From positions 224,001 through 288,000 of the forward strand of contig CAWFKH010000001.1 of the NCBI GenBank assembly GCA_963816355.1: a stretch of DNA of 64,000 nt, in the 5' to 3' direction. Below, piece by piece: positions 18,513 to 29,340 of this stretch (positions within the stretch are counted from its first letter, which is position 1; the number at the start of each line of letters is the position of its first letter). Below the pieces are notes generated by a model. It saw only the letters and a program-made list of their open reading frames with translations. It did not search any database and was not told the origin of the DNA. This DNA comes from an uncultured Gemmatimonadales bacterium. GTDB taxonomy: Bacteria > Gemmatimonadota > Gemmatimonadetes > Longimicrobiales > RSA9. Made by a program: the position numbers and the translations under genes.

Positions 18513-19408
18513 TGCGCGTCGCGATCACGGGCGCCAACGGCCTCCTGGGCAGCGCACTGAGCGGGGCGTTGCGCGCGGACGGCCACGAAGTGACCGCGAT
18601 CACGCGCAGCCGCGCCGTGGCCCGCGCCGCGGGCGTCGTGCACTGGAAGCCCGCAGCAGGGGTGATCGACGCGGAGGGGCTGGAGGACCACGACGTCGTC
18701 GTGCACCTGGCGGGCGAGCCGCTCTTCGGCGTCTGGACGGAAGCGAAGAAGGTCCGCATCCGCGACAGCCGCGTGGCGGGCACGTCGCTGCTGAGCCGCA
18801 CGCTCGCGGGCCTGCGGCGCCCGCCGTCCGTCCTGGTCAGCGCGTCCGGCGCGGGCTACTACGGCGAGCGCGGCGAGGAGGAGGTGGACGAGCGGGCGAC
18901 CGCGGGGACCGGCTTCCTCGCCCGCGTCTGCGTCGAATGGGAGCGCGCGGCCGACCCCGCGCGCGAGGCCGGGATCCGCGTCGCGCACCTGCGCTCCGGC
19001 GTCGTCCTGAGCGAGCACGGCGGAGCGCTGAAACTGATGCTGCCGATCTTCCGGTTGGGGATCGGCGGCCGCATCGGCAGCGGCCGCCAGCCGTTCCCGT
19101 GGATCACGCTCGAGGACCACGTTCGCGCGACGCAGCACGTGATCGCGCACGGAGACATCTCGGGCGGCGTCAACATGGTCGCGCCCGGCCGCGTCGACTT
19201 TCGCGGCTTCGTCGGCGCGCTCGGCGACGCGCTCGGCCGGCCGACGCTTTTCGCCGTGCCTGCGGCGCTGGCCCGGTTGGTGATGGGCGAGATGGCGGAG
19301 GAGATGCTCCTGAGCGGCACGTGGGTCGTGCCCGGGCGGCTGCAGGAGACCGGCTTCGTGTTCCGGCAGCCGGAGATCGGAAGTGCGTTGCGCAGCCTGC
19401 TGCGTTGA
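18512..19408 (+). CDS. TIGR01777 family NAD(P)-dependent oxidoreductase (YfcH-like)
   Basis: ITGANGLLG, HLAGE, SASGAGYYG, GFLARVCVEWE, GSGRQPFPWI; TGATG overlap with upstream gene. Confidence 0.92.
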   Translation: MRVAITGANGLLGSALSGALRADGHEVTAITRSRAVARAAGVVHWKPAAGVIDAEGLEDHDVVVHLAGEPLFGVWTEAKKVRIRDSRVAGTSLLSRTLAGLRRPPSVLVSASGAGYYGERGEEEVDERATAGTGFLARVCVEWERAADPAREAGIRVAHLRSGVVLSEHGGALKLMLPIFRLGIGGRIGSGRQPFPWITLEDHVRATQHVIAHGDISGGVNMVAPGRVDFRGFVGALGDALGRPTLFAVPAALARLVMGEMAEEMLLSGTWVVPGRLQETGFVFRQPEIGSALRSLLR

Positions 19409-19472
19409 ACCGGCCGGCCGCGGCGAGCCCGCCCGGGCGCCGCGGCGGCCACTGTCGAAGGGAACGGACCCG

Positions 19473-19997
19473 ATGAAGGGCATGAAGGGGAGATGGCCGG
19501 TGGCAGCTCTCGTCGCGCTCGCCGCGGCGAGCGCTGCGGCGTGCGCGAAGGACCGCGGCGGCGCCGAGACGCCCGCCTCCTACGCGCTGGCGACGGTGAA
19601 CGGCAAGCCTTTGCCGTACACGCAGCCGAAGGACGTCGAGGAGGGCGACTGCCGCCCGACCTTCGCGCGCGGCGACCTGCGTCTCGAGAGCGGCAACACC
19701 TACACGCTCACGTACGACGTCCGCGAAGCGTGCATGAAGAGCGGCGTCATCAACACGGCGAACCGGTCCGTGGAGGAGAAGGGCATCTTCGAGCGCCAGG
19801 GCGACGCGCTGCGCTTCTACGTAGGGCCGGCCGCGCCCGACTCCAGCGCCGAGGGGCCGGTCATGCAGGGGACGTTGAGCGTCGACACGCTGTCGCTGTA
19901 CAACACCCGGCGCGGCGTGACCTTCCGTTTCGTTCGGGGTCCGGCCGCGGCCACCGGCGCGGAAGAGGCGGGCAGGGACTCGGCCGCCACGAATTGA
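19473..19997 (+). CDS. hypothetical lipoprotein (possibly lipocalin-like)
   Basis: Signal peptide ending AAAC; YALATVNGKPLP; beta-rich sequence. Confidence 0.65.
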   Translation: MKGMKGRWPVAALVALAAASAAACAKDRGGAETPASYALATVNGKPLPYTQPKDVEEGDCRPTFARGDLRLESGNTYTLTYDVREACMKSGVINTANRSVEEKGIFERQGDALRFYVGPAAPDSSAEGPVMQGTLSVDTLSLYNTRRGVTFRFVRGPAAATGAEEAGRDSAATN

Positions 19998-20022
19998 ATT
20001 CGCCGGGCCTCGGTTCTAACTT
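19994..20022 (+). promoter_or_regulatory. sigma70-type promoter of lipA-pdh operon
   Basis: TTGAAT-17 bp-TAACTT. Confidence 0.55.
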
Positions 20023-20066
20023 GGAAGGCTCGGAGTCGGCCAGGGGAGCGACCTGAAGGGGCGGGA

Positions 20067-21164
20067 ATGAGGGTTTCAGCGCATACGACGAGCGGTTACG
20101 CGCCGGCAGGCAAGGACAGCGGCGTCGTGAAGTCGAAAGGGACGGCGCGGCTGCCGGTTCTGGAGGGGCAGCGGCCGCTCGAGATGGGGGAGCGCAAGCC
20201 GTCGTGGCTGAAGGTGCGCTCGCCGGGCGGCGCGAACTACGGCCGTCTCAAGCGGCTGATGCGCGGGCAGCGGCTGCACTCGGTCTGCGAGGAGGCGGGC
20301 TGTCCCAACATCGGCGAGTGCTGGGAGGCGGGCACGGCCACGTTCCTGATCCTGGGCGACGTCTGCACCCGCGCGTGCAAGTACTGCGCGATCGCGCACG
20401 GCATGCCGACGGAGCTGGACCGGGACGAGCCGCGCCGGGTCGCGGAGGCGGTCGCGGAGCTCGAGTTGGAGCACGTGGTGGTGACGAGCGTGAACCGGGA
20501 CGAGCTCGACGACGGCGGCGCCGCGATCTTCGCGGAGACGATCCGCCTCTGTCGCGAGGCGCGCGCCGGCTGCTCGATCGAGGTGCTGATCCCGGACTTC
20601 AAGGGGGACGAGGCGGCGTTGCGGGCGGTGGTGGAAGCGCGGCCGGACATCCTCAACCACAACCTCGAGACGGTGGAGCGGCTGCATCCGTGGGCGCGGC
20701 CCGGCGGCCGGTACTGGCGCAGCATCTCGCTGCTCGGCGCGGCGAAGCGGATGGACCCGGAAATGCGGACCAAGTCCGGGATCATCCTCGGGATGGGGGA
20801 GCTCGACGCGGAAGTGCGCACGGCGCTCGAGGACCTGCGGAAGGCGGCCGTGGACATCGTCACGATCGGACAGTACCTGCGGCCGTCGGCGCACCACGCG
20901 CCGGTCGAGCGCTGGGTCAGCCCGGCCGAATTCGCGGAGTGGCGCCGGATCGGCGAGGAGGAGCTGGGATTCCGTCACGTGGAGGCGGGACCGCTCGTGC
21001 GCTCGAGCTACCACGCCGAGAAGCAGGCGCGCACGGTGGACGCGGGGGGCGTGGGCGAGATCCGGGAGATCCTCGAAGCGGACGTACCGGCGCCCGCGGA
21101 GCGGGATGCACGTCGGGCGCGTCCGTCACTGGTGCAGATCGGCGCGCGGCCGCGGGTGTCATGA
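20067..21164 (+). CDS. lipA: lipoyl synthase
   Basis: CEEAGCPNIGECW and CTRACKYC motifs, VRSSYHA. Confidence 0.97.
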   Translation: MRVSAHTTSGYAPAGKDSGVVKSKGTARLPVLEGQRPLEMGERKPSWLKVRSPGGANYGRLKRLMRGQRLHSVCEEAGCPNIGECWEAGTATFLILGDVCTRACKYCAIAHGMPTELDRDEPRRVAEAVAELELEHVVVTSVNRDELDDGGAAIFAETIRLCREARAGCSIEVLIPDFKGDEAALRAVVEARPDILNHNLETVERLHPWARPGGRYWRSISLLGAAKRMDPEMRTKSGIILGMGELDAEVRTALEDLRKAAVDIVTIGQYLRPSAHHAPVERWVSPAEFAEWRRIGEEELGFRHVEAGPLVRSSYHAEKQARTVDAGGVGEIREILEADVPAPAERDARRARPSLVQIGARPRVS

Positions 21165-21176
21165 GGCGAGGTGGAG

Positions 21177-22316
21177 ATGGCGGATAGCAAGGCACAGGGA
21201 TCGGGGACGGAGACGCAGCGGTCGGCGAAGCCGGCCGCGAAGCCGGAGCCGAACGGACGACGCGCCGGGGGCGAGGCGGCGGCGGCCGAGGAACTGGCGG
21301 GCCTCGAGCGCGGCGAACTGCACGAACTGCTGCGCGCGATGCTGTTGGGCCGGCGCTTCGAGGAGAAGGCGGCGGAGGCGTACGCGCTGGGCAAGATCGG
21401 CGGCTTCTGCCACCTCTACATCGGTCAGGAGGCCGTGGCGGTGGGGGCGCTGTCGACGCTGCGCCCGGACGACTACGTGATCAGCGCCTACCGTGAGCAC
21501 GTGCAGGCGCTGACGAAGGGGCTCTCTCCACGTTCCGTCATGGCGGAGCTGTACGGCCGCCGCGACGGCTGTTCGGGGGGGAAGGGTGGCTCGATGCACC
21601 TGTACAGCCGCGAGCACAACTTCATGGGCGGCTGGGGGATCGTGGGTGGTCAGATTCCCCTCGCGACCGGGCTCGGCTGGGCGATCAGGTACCGGGAGGA
21701 GGACCGCGTCTGCGTCTGCTTCATGGGCGAGGCGGCGGTCAACCAGGGCGCGTTCCACGAGTCGCTGAACATGGCGGCGCTGTGGAAGCTGCCGGTGATC
21801 TTCATCGTGGAGAACAACCGCTTCGGCATGGGCACGGCGTGGGAGCGTGTCGCGTCGCTCTACGACATCGCGCAGAAGAGCAAGGCGTACGCGATGCCGG
21901 GCGAGGTGGCGGACGGAATGAACGTGCTGGCGATGCGACACGTCGTCGGACAGGCGGTGAAGCGGGCGCGCGAGGACGGCACGCCCACGCTCATCGAGGC
22001 GCGCTGCTACCGCTTCATGGGCCACTCGATGTCCGATCCCGTGAGCGGCGTCTACCGTACGCGTGAGGAGGTCGAGGAGGAGAAGGCGAAGGATCCGATC
22101 AAGCTCTTTATCGACGACCTGCGGCGCAACGACCTGCTGAGCGAGGACGAGTTGAAGGAGATCGACACGGAAGTGCGCGCCGAGGTCGACGACGCCGCCG
22201 AATTCGCAGAGCGTTCGCCGGATCCGGAGCCCGCGGCGTTGTACGCGGACGTCTACAGGAACGACGGCGGCCCCGGCCGCCTCTTCCTCGACGGCCGCCG
22301 TCGGGAAGAGGGCTGA
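21177..22316 (+). CDS. pdhA: pyruvate dehydrogenase E1 alpha subunit
   Basis: GFCHLYIGQEA, GKGGSMH, TPP motif GEAAVNQG...ENN, YRFMGHSMSDP. Confidence 0.95.
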   Translation: MADSKAQGSGTETQRSAKPAAKPEPNGRRAGGEAAAAEELAGLERGELHELLRAMLLGRRFEEKAAEAYALGKIGGFCHLYIGQEAVAVGALSTLRPDDYVISAYREHVQALTKGLSPRSVMAELYGRRDGCSGGKGGSMHLYSREHNFMGGWGIVGGQIPLATGLGWAIRYREEDRVCVCFMGEAAVNQGAFHESLNMAALWKLPVIFIVENNRFGMGTAWERVASLYDIAQKSKAYAMPGEVADGMNVLAMRHVVGQAVKRAREDGTPTLIEARCYRFMGHSMSDPVSGVYRTREEVEEEKAKDPIKLFIDDLRRNDLLSEDELKEIDTEVRAEVDDAAEFAERSPDPEPAALYADVYRNDGGPGRLFLDGRRREEG

Positions 22317-22317
22317 G

Positions 22318-23301
<984 letters not shown>

Positions 23302-23306
23302 CAGCG

Positions 23307-24689
23307 ATGGCGACCAAGGTCCACATGGAGGCGCTGTCCCCGACCATGGAGGAGGGGCAGGTCGTCTCCTGGCTGAAGCAGGAGGGCGAAGCCGTCGAGG
23401 AGGGCGACGTCCTCGCCGAGATCGAGACCGACAAGGCGACGATGGAGCTCGTCGCGCGCGGCGCGGGCGTGCTCCGGAAACGGCTCGTACCGGAGGGCGC
23501 CACCGCGCCCGTGGGCGCCGTGATCGGGGTGATCGCCGGCCCCGACGAGGAGATCGACGAGATCCTCGCCGAAGCGTCCGCGGGCTCGGCGCAGGCCGAG
23601 GGCGGCGGCGCAGAGGCGACCGCCGCCGCGGAGGCGACCGCTCCGGCGGCCCCGTCCGACGGGAGGGCGGCTCCCTCCGCCGCGCCCGGGCCGGTGAGCG
23701 GGGAGGAGGCGGCGGAGGCGGAGGTGGGCGCCGCGCCCGCTCCCGGCGGCGGGAACGGCGCAGGGCGCGTGAAGGCGTCGCCGCTCGCGCGCCGTCTGGC
23801 CGCGGAGGCGTCGCTGGACCTGGGCGACGTGCAGGGTTCCGGACCGGGCGGGCGCATCGTGAAGCGCGACATCGAGGCGGCGGTCGCGGCGGCTCCGGCT
23901 TCGGCGGCTTCGGCGGCGGCTTCGGCCGGCCCGGCGGCCCCGGCGGGCCCGGGTCCGGGCGCGCCACGGGCGGCGCCGTTCGTTCCGCGGCCGCAGACGG
24001 AGGAAGTGGTCGAGGTAGCGGTGTCGCAGATGCGGAAGAGCATCGCGAAGCGCCTGACCACCTCGATCGGGCCGGTGCCCACCTTCTATCTCACGATCGA
24101 AGTCGACATGACGCGCATGAGCGCGGTGCGCGAGAGCCTGAACGCCCGACTGGAGGCGCGCGGCCAGAAGGTCAGCGTGAACGACCTGATCATCAAGGCT
24201 GCCGCGGTTGCGCTGCGGCGGCATCCGGAGGTGAACGCAGCGTGGGGCGAGAGCGTGATCCGGCGCTACGGCCGTGTGCACGTCGGCGTCGCGGTGGCGG
24301 TCGAGGATGGCCTGATCACGCCGGTCGTCCGGGACGCGGACACGAAGGGGGTGGCGGAGATCGGTGCCGAGGTGAGGGAGCTGGCGGGGCGCGCGCGGGA
24401 GCGGAAGCTGAAGCCGGAGGAGTACACGGGCGCGACGTTCTCGATCTCGAATCTCGGCATGTTCGGGATCGACGAGTTCACGGCGATCATCAATCCGCCG
24501 GAGGCGGCGATTCTCGCGGTCGGCCGCGTGGAGGAGAAGGCGGTCGTCGAGGAAGGCGAGGTCGTGGTGCGCCCGCGGCTGCGCCTGACGATGAGCTGCG
24601 ATCATCGCGTCGTGGATGGCGCGACCGGCGCGCGCTTCCTGCAGACGCTGCGGGACTGCCTGGAAGAGCCGATGATGATGCTCGCGTGA
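23307..24689 (+). CDS. pdhC: pyruvate dehydrogenase E2 dihydrolipoamide acetyltransferase
   Basis: Lipoyl domain ETDKA, E3-binding ASPLARRLA, SNLGMFG, DHRVVDG. Confidence 0.96.
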   Translation: MATKVHMEALSPTMEEGQVVSWLKQEGEAVEEGDVLAEIETDKATMELVARGAGVLRKRLVPEGATAPVGAVIGVIAGPDEEIDEILAEASAGSAQAEGGGAEATAAAEATAPAAPSDGRAAPSAAPGPVSGEEAAEAEVGAAPAPGGGNGAGRVKASPLARRLAAEASLDLGDVQGSGPGGRIVKRDIEAAVAAAPASAASAAASAGPAAPAGPGPGAPRAAPFVPRPQTEEVVEVAVSQMRKSIAKRLTTSIGPVPTFYLTIEVDMTRMSAVRESLNARLEARGQKVSVNDLIIKAAAVALRRHPEVNAAWGESVIRRYGRVHVGVAVAVEDGLITPVVRDADTKGVAEIGAEVRELAGRARERKLKPEEYTGATFSISNLGMFGIDEFTAIINPPEAAILAVGRVEEKAVVEEGEVVVRPRLRLTMSCDHRVVDGATGARFLQTLRDCLEEPMMMLA

Positions 24690-24723
24690 GAACGACGGAT
24701 CATACGACGAGGTGAGGTGAGCG

Positions 24724-26160
24724 GTGGCGGACAGCAAATTCGACGTGATCGTGATCGGCTCGGGCCCCGGCGGCTATGTGGCGGCGATCCGGGCGGCGCA
24801 GCTGGGTCTGAAGGTCGCCTGCGTGGAAGCGCAGCGCCTGGGCGGGGTGTGCAACAACTGGGGCTGCATTCCCACGAAGGCGATGCTGGAGAGCGCGAGC
24901 TACGCCCGCCGCGTCGGGGAGCTCGGCGATTTCGGCGTCGCGGTCGGCGACGTGAAGCTCGATCTGGGCAGGGCCGCGAAGCGCGCCCGCGACGTGGCGG
25001 GGAAGGGGGAGAAGGGCACCGCCTTCCTGTTCAAGAAGAACAAGATCGAGTCGATCGAGGGTTGGGGCCGCATGCTGGGCGGTGGCAGGGTCGAGGTCGA
25101 GCCCGGCCGCAACGCGGGACACGGCCTCGAGTCGCCGCGGCAGGGCGGGGAGAAGCGCACCCTCGAAGGGAAGCAGATCATCATCGCCACCGGCTCGCGC
25201 CCGCGGTCGCTGCCTATGCTGAAGATCGACGGTGACCGCGTCTGGAGCTCCGACCAGGCCGTCTTCCCGGACGCGGTGCCCGCGAGCATCGGCATCATCG
25301 GCGCCGGCGCCATCGGGATGGAGTTCGCCGACGTCTACGAAGCGTTCGGCTCGAAGGTCACGCTGATCGAGGCGCTCGACCGCGTCCTGCCGCTGGAGGA
25401 CCCGGACGCGTCGAAGACGCTCGCCCGCCTCTACAAGAAGCGTGGCATCGACGTGCTCGAGGGCGCGCGCCTCGAGGACGCCAAGGTGAAGAAGAACGGC
25501 GTCACGCTCTCGGTGAAGACGAAGGACGGCAAGACCCGCTCGATCGACGTCGAGCGCGTGCTCGTCGCCGTGGGCCGTGCGCCGGTGATCGACGACATCG
25601 GCCTCGAGGCCGCCGGCGTGGAGACGGAGAAGGGCTTCATTCCCACCGACGAGTTCATGCGCACGAACGTCGAGGGCGTCTACGCGATCGGCGATGTGAC
25701 GAAGCCGCCGCTGCTGGCGCACAAGGCGTCGCACGAGGGGATCGTCGCCGCGGAGCACATCGCGGGCGTGGCCAAGCACGGGATCGACTACGGCAACATC
25801 CCGGCGGTGACGTACTGCCATCCGGAGGTCGCGTCGGTCGGCATGACGGAGGAGCAGGCGAAGGAGGCGGGCTACGAGGTGAGCGTCGGCGTGTTCCCAT
25901 TCAGCGCGAACGGCCGCGCCCGCACGGCGGGCGAGACCGACGGGTTCGTGAAGGTGATCCGGGACGAGCGCTACAGCGAGCTGCTCGGCGCTCACATGGT
26001 GGGCTCGCACGTCAGCGAAATGATCGCCGAGTTCGTCGTGGGTCGGCGGCTCGAGACGACGGTCGAGGAGATGGAGGAAGCGATCCATCCGCATCCCACG
26101 CTCTCCGAGGCGATCGGCGAGGCGGCGCTCGACGCGCTCGGCCGCGTCATCCACATGTAG
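24724..26160 (+). CDS. lpdA: dihydrolipoamide dehydrogenase
   Basis: GSGPGG, CNNWGC redox disulfide, GAGAIG, HPHPTLSE. Confidence 0.96.
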   Translation: MADSKFDVIVIGSGPGGYVAAIRAAQLGLKVACVEAQRLGGVCNNWGCIPTKAMLESASYARRVGELGDFGVAVGDVKLDLGRAAKRARDVAGKGEKGTAFLFKKNKIESIEGWGRMLGGGRVEVEPGRNAGHGLESPRQGGEKRTLEGKQIIIATGSRPRSLPMLKIDGDRVWSSDQAVFPDAVPASIGIIGAGAIGMEFADVYEAFGSKVTLIEALDRVLPLEDPDASKTLARLYKKRGIDVLEGARLEDAKVKKNGVTLSVKTKDGKTRSIDVERVLVAVGRAPVIDDIGLEAAGVETEKGFIPTDEFMRTNVEGVYAIGDVTKPPLLAHKASHEGIVAAEHIAGVAKHGIDYGNIPAVTYCHPEVASVGMTEEQAKEAGYEVSVGVFPFSANGRARTAGETDGFVKVIRDERYSELLGAHMVGSHVSEMIAEFVVGRRLETTVEEMEEAIHPHPTLSEAIGEAALDALGRVIHM

Positions 26161-26241
26161 AGGCCGCGGGCTCTGCGGCCGGTTCCGGCTTCGCGGCGGC
26201 TTCGGCTGCGGCGTCCCGGCTGGCGGCGTGCGGCTGCGTCC

Positions 26242-26273
26242 GGGGGCGGCGCGAGGTGACTCGCGCCGCCCCC
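26242..26273. terminator. 14-bp perfect hairpin between convergent genes
   Basis: GGGGGCGGCGCGAG-GTGA-CTCGCGCCGCCCCC. Confidence 0.7.
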
Positions 26274-26278
26274 GTGCG

Positions 26279-27049
26279 TCAGCGGAACCGGCGCGACGGC
26301 CCGCGTAGCGGCGTGTAGGAGACGCCGATGTGGAACACGAGCAGGTTCGTGTCCGTTCGTGAGGGAGTGAAGCGGAGCGAGCCGTCCGGATTGTCGTGGA
26401 TGTCGCCTTCTCGCAGGTAGCTCGCGCGGCCGCCGTCGTGATAGCGAGCCCCGACGTCGATCGAGAGCGGCAGCCGCGGCCCGCCCACCGGAACGCGGAC
26501 GCCGCCGCCGAGGCCCCAGGCGAACGCGCCGTCGTCGTAATTGGTCGATCGGGCGAAGCTTCCCGAGCTGCCGCTGCCGGAGACGGAAGATTCGGTGAAG
26601 AGATAGGAGAAGCCGACGAGCGCGTCGACATACGGGCGGACGGCTCCGTGCGGCGAGGCGATCTCGGGGCCGATCCCGGCGTAGACGATGTTGTTCGTCG
26701 TGGTCAGATCGAGCGTGACGCGGCCGCCCACGGTGCTGCTGAAGGGAACGTGGCTCGTCTCCCGGCCGTAATTGAGATAGCCGGCTTCGAGCCGGATGCC
26801 GAAGATATGCGTGCGCTCCGGCCTGAAGACGATGTGACCGCCGGCGCCGAAACCGGTGCCGACGGAGTCGCCGAAGGCGCCCTGGGGGACGTCTACGACG
26901 AGGCCGCCGCCGATCTCGAGGGGCCCGGGACCGCGTTCGATGCGCTGAGCGGCGGCCGGCCGGGCGAGGAGCGCGGCGCAGGCGGCGCTGGCAAAGAGCA
27001 GAGGGGCGAACGCGGACCGCTTCGGCTGGTGGGGCGAGGGCGTCGTCAT
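26279..27049 (-). CDS. outer-membrane beta-barrel protein
   Basis: Signal peptide (AAA|Q), alternating Gly/aromatic strands, C-terminal FHIGVSY; GAGGAGG RBS. Confidence 0.75.
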   Translation of the reverse strand: MTTPSPHQPKRSAFAPLLFASAACAALLARPAAAQRIERGPGPLEIGGGLVVDVPQGAFGDSVGTGFGAGGHIVFRPERTHIFGIRLEAGYLNYGRETSHVPFSSTVGGRVTLDLTTTNNIVYAGIGPEIASPHGAVRPYVDALVGFSYLFTESSVSGSGSSGSFARSTNYDDGAFAWGLGGGVRVPVGGPRLPLSIDVGARYHDGGRASYLREGDIHDNPDGSLRFTPSRTDTNLLVFHIGVSYTPLRGPSRRFR

Positions 27050-27166
27050 CGGATCCCCTCCTCGAGTATCGTAGAGCGTGCGCGGCCGCGGATCGCGGTC
27101 GGGGCGGCCGCGCGGGCCGCACCTTTCACTACCGCGTTCGGGGGATCGGTGTTTCGCCGGCGGGCG

Positions 27167-27182
27167 AGGCATGGAGCCTGCG
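27167..27182 (+). promoter_or_regulatory. possible sigma54 (-24/-12) promoter
   Basis: AGGCATGGAGCCTGC: GG-N10-GC, imperfect match to TGGCACG-N4-TTGC. Confidence 0.3.
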
Positions 27183-27266
27183 CATCGTCGAGGGAGCACG
27201 GAACGATGGAGGAGTTGGTCACCGACGGAGTCGGGGCGCGTGCGCCCCTCAGCAGGAGGGATACGG

Positions 27267-27806
27267 ATGAGGCGAGCGATCGGAGCGGGGCTGGTGGTGA
27301 TGATGGTGGGACTCCTGGCGGGGGCGTGCGACAGCGGCCCGACCGGGCCGGTGCTGTCACGTGCGGAGGTCGCGGGCACGTACGAATTCACGACGCTGCG
27401 GTTCGACCCGCAGGGCTCTCGTCTGGAGTCGATCGACCTGCTCGCGCGGCTCGACTCGCGGCTCGACCCGCGTCTCGTGCTGACGCAGAACGGTGAGGCG
27501 CAGATCTCCTACCACGACGTGCAGACCGGCCTCGTGAAGGTGGTCCAGGGGTCCTACATCACGACGGCCGACGCGGTCACCATCACGTGGGACCAGGACA
27601 GCGACTTCGGCTTCTTCGCGCTGTCGCGGCGCATGAGCTTCACCTTCACCGCGAACACGGAGAACGAACTGGCCTTCTCCGGCAGCTCGCCGGACGGCGT
27701 CGCGCTGTCGCGCCTCACGGAGCTCGCGCCCGAGCTCGCCGACGAGCCGCTCACCGATCCGGTGCCCGGAGATCTGGAGGTCGAGCTGCGTCAGATCTCG
27801 GGCTGA
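27267..27806 (+). CDS. hypothetical lipoprotein
   Basis: MRRAIGAGLVVMMVGLLAGA-C lipobox; AGGAGG RBS. Confidence 0.75.
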   Translation: MRRAIGAGLVVMMVGLLAGACDSGPTGPVLSRAEVAGTYEFTTLRFDPQGSRLESIDLLARLDSRLDPRLVLTQNGEAQISYHDVQTGLVKVVQGSYITTADAVTITWDQDSDFGFFALSRRMSFTFTANTENELAFSGSSPDGVALSRLTELAPELADEPLTDPVPGDLEVELRQISG

Positions 27807-27812
27807 AGCCGC

Positions 27813-28889
27813 TCAGGGGGTGACCTCCACGGCGCCCGGCTCCCCCTCGACCACCTCACCCACGATCGCGGCGGCGGGACTGCCCGCGGCGCGGAGCCGT
27901 TGCGCCAGGGCGTCCGCCGCCGCCGCCGGCAGGCAGATCAGGAGGCCGCCCGACGTCTGCGCGTCGTTCAGCAGCAGCCGGGACGTCTCGGCCACGCCGT
28001 CCGCCCAGCGGACGAACGGGGTGAAGTCGCGGCGGTTGCGGTGCGTGCCGCCGGCGATCGCGCCCGCCTCGGCGAGGCGGGAGGTGTGCGGCAGCAGCGG
28101 CACCGCGGCGGCGCTCACGCGCGCGGCGGCGCCGCTCGCCTGCAGCATCTGGTGCAGGTGCCCGAGCAGCCCGAACCCGGTGACGTCGGTGGCGGCGTGC
28201 GCGCCCGCCTCGATCATCAGCCGGGACGCGTCCCTGTTGAGCGCGGCCATCGAGGCGACCGCAGCGCGTACGGCGGCTTCGGGCGCGTCGCCTCTCTTGA
28301 GCGCGGTCGCGACGATCCCGGTGCCGATCGGCTTGGTCAGCACCAGGCGGTCACCCGCGCGGGCGCCGTCGTTGCGCACCAGCCGTGCCGGGTTCACCTC
28401 GCCCACCACGGCGAGCCCGTAGGTCGGCTCCGGCGCATCGACCGAGTGCCCGCCGACGATCGCGATCCCCGCCTCCCGCGCCGTGTCTCCGCCTCCGCGC
28501 ACGATCTCCTCCGCCGCGCCGGAGGCGAGGTGCTCGCGCGGAAACGCGAGCAGGTTGAGCGCGAAGAGGGGACGCGCGCCTTTCGCGTAGATGTCGGAGA
28601 GCGCGTTCGCCGCGGCGATGCGGCCGAAGTCGTACGGGTCGTCGACGACGGGCGCGAAGAAATCGGCGGTCGCGACGATCGCGCGATCGTCGTCGAGGCG
28701 GTAGACGGCGGCGTCGTCGCCGCTGGAGAAACCGACGAGGACGTTCGGATCGTCGAGGGGGATCAGATGACGCAGGACCTGCGTCAGCTCGGCGCGCCCG
28801 AGCTTGCAGGCTCAGCCGGCGCCGTGTGAGAGCTGCGTCAGGCGGAGTCGCGGTCGCTGATCCCGGGGGTGCGTGGTGTCGTCGCTCAT
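27813..28889 (-). CDS. selD: selenide, water dikinase (selenophosphate synthetase), selenocysteine at residue 26
   Basis: LTQLSHGAG-(TGA 28814-12)-ACKLG, then GDDAAVY, DFFAP, NALSDIYA, TDVTGFGLLGH, DAQTSGGLL in one frame; hairpin right after TGA. Confidence 0.95.
28777..28811 (-). promoter_or_regulatory. SECIS-like hairpin of selD
   Basis: GCCUGC-A-AGCUCGG-GCGCG-CCGAGCU-GAC-GCAGGU immediately 3' of the UGA. Confidence 0.75.
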
Positions 28890-29058
28890 GCGCGGAAGGG
28901 TAACGTCGGAGTCGGGCCGGACGCCATTGCCGCTCGGGGGCGGCGTCACGATGACGGCGGCGAAGCGGGCGCGGGGGCGATTCGCCGTCGTTGCCCGGCG
29001 AAACGGCGCACCGGTAACTTGGAGCGCGGGCGACGACCGTGGTCGGAGCGGGAGAGAG

Positions 29059-29340
29059 ATGAGCAAGCAGTCGAGAGGAAAGTCGTGGCTGGACTTCAGG
29101 GTCGCGGACCGACTCGAAGCGGGGCCGGCGTCCTACAGCGTCGACCTCGTCGCCCGGCGCGGCACCGGCATCCACGGGTTCCGCACGACGGTCGTGTTCA
29201 TGCCGCTGCAGGGCGGCGCCGAGGTCGCGGTCGAGCTGCCGAACGCGGCCTCGACGGCGGACGTGCACCGCCTGGCCCGGGAGCTGAGCGACGCGCCGCG
29301 GCGGCTGCTCGAGCTGCTCGCCAGCGGGAGGACGGCATGA
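29059..29340 (+). CDS. hypothetical protein (93 aa)
   Basis: GGAG RBS, typical codon usage, ATGA overlap with next gene; TTGCCC-18-TAACTT upstream (28991-29020). Confidence 0.7.
   Translation: MSKQSRGKSWLDFRVADRLEAGPASYSVDLVARRGTGIHGFRTTVVFMPLQGGAEVAVELPNAASTADVHRLARELSDAPRRLLELLASGRTA

Noticed and set aside
28812..28814. selD and the Rdx gene (40794-40796) as pseudogenes with premature stops
   Set aside because: Both TGAs align with the catalytic Cys/Sec position, are followed by hairpins, and the downstream frames are intact.
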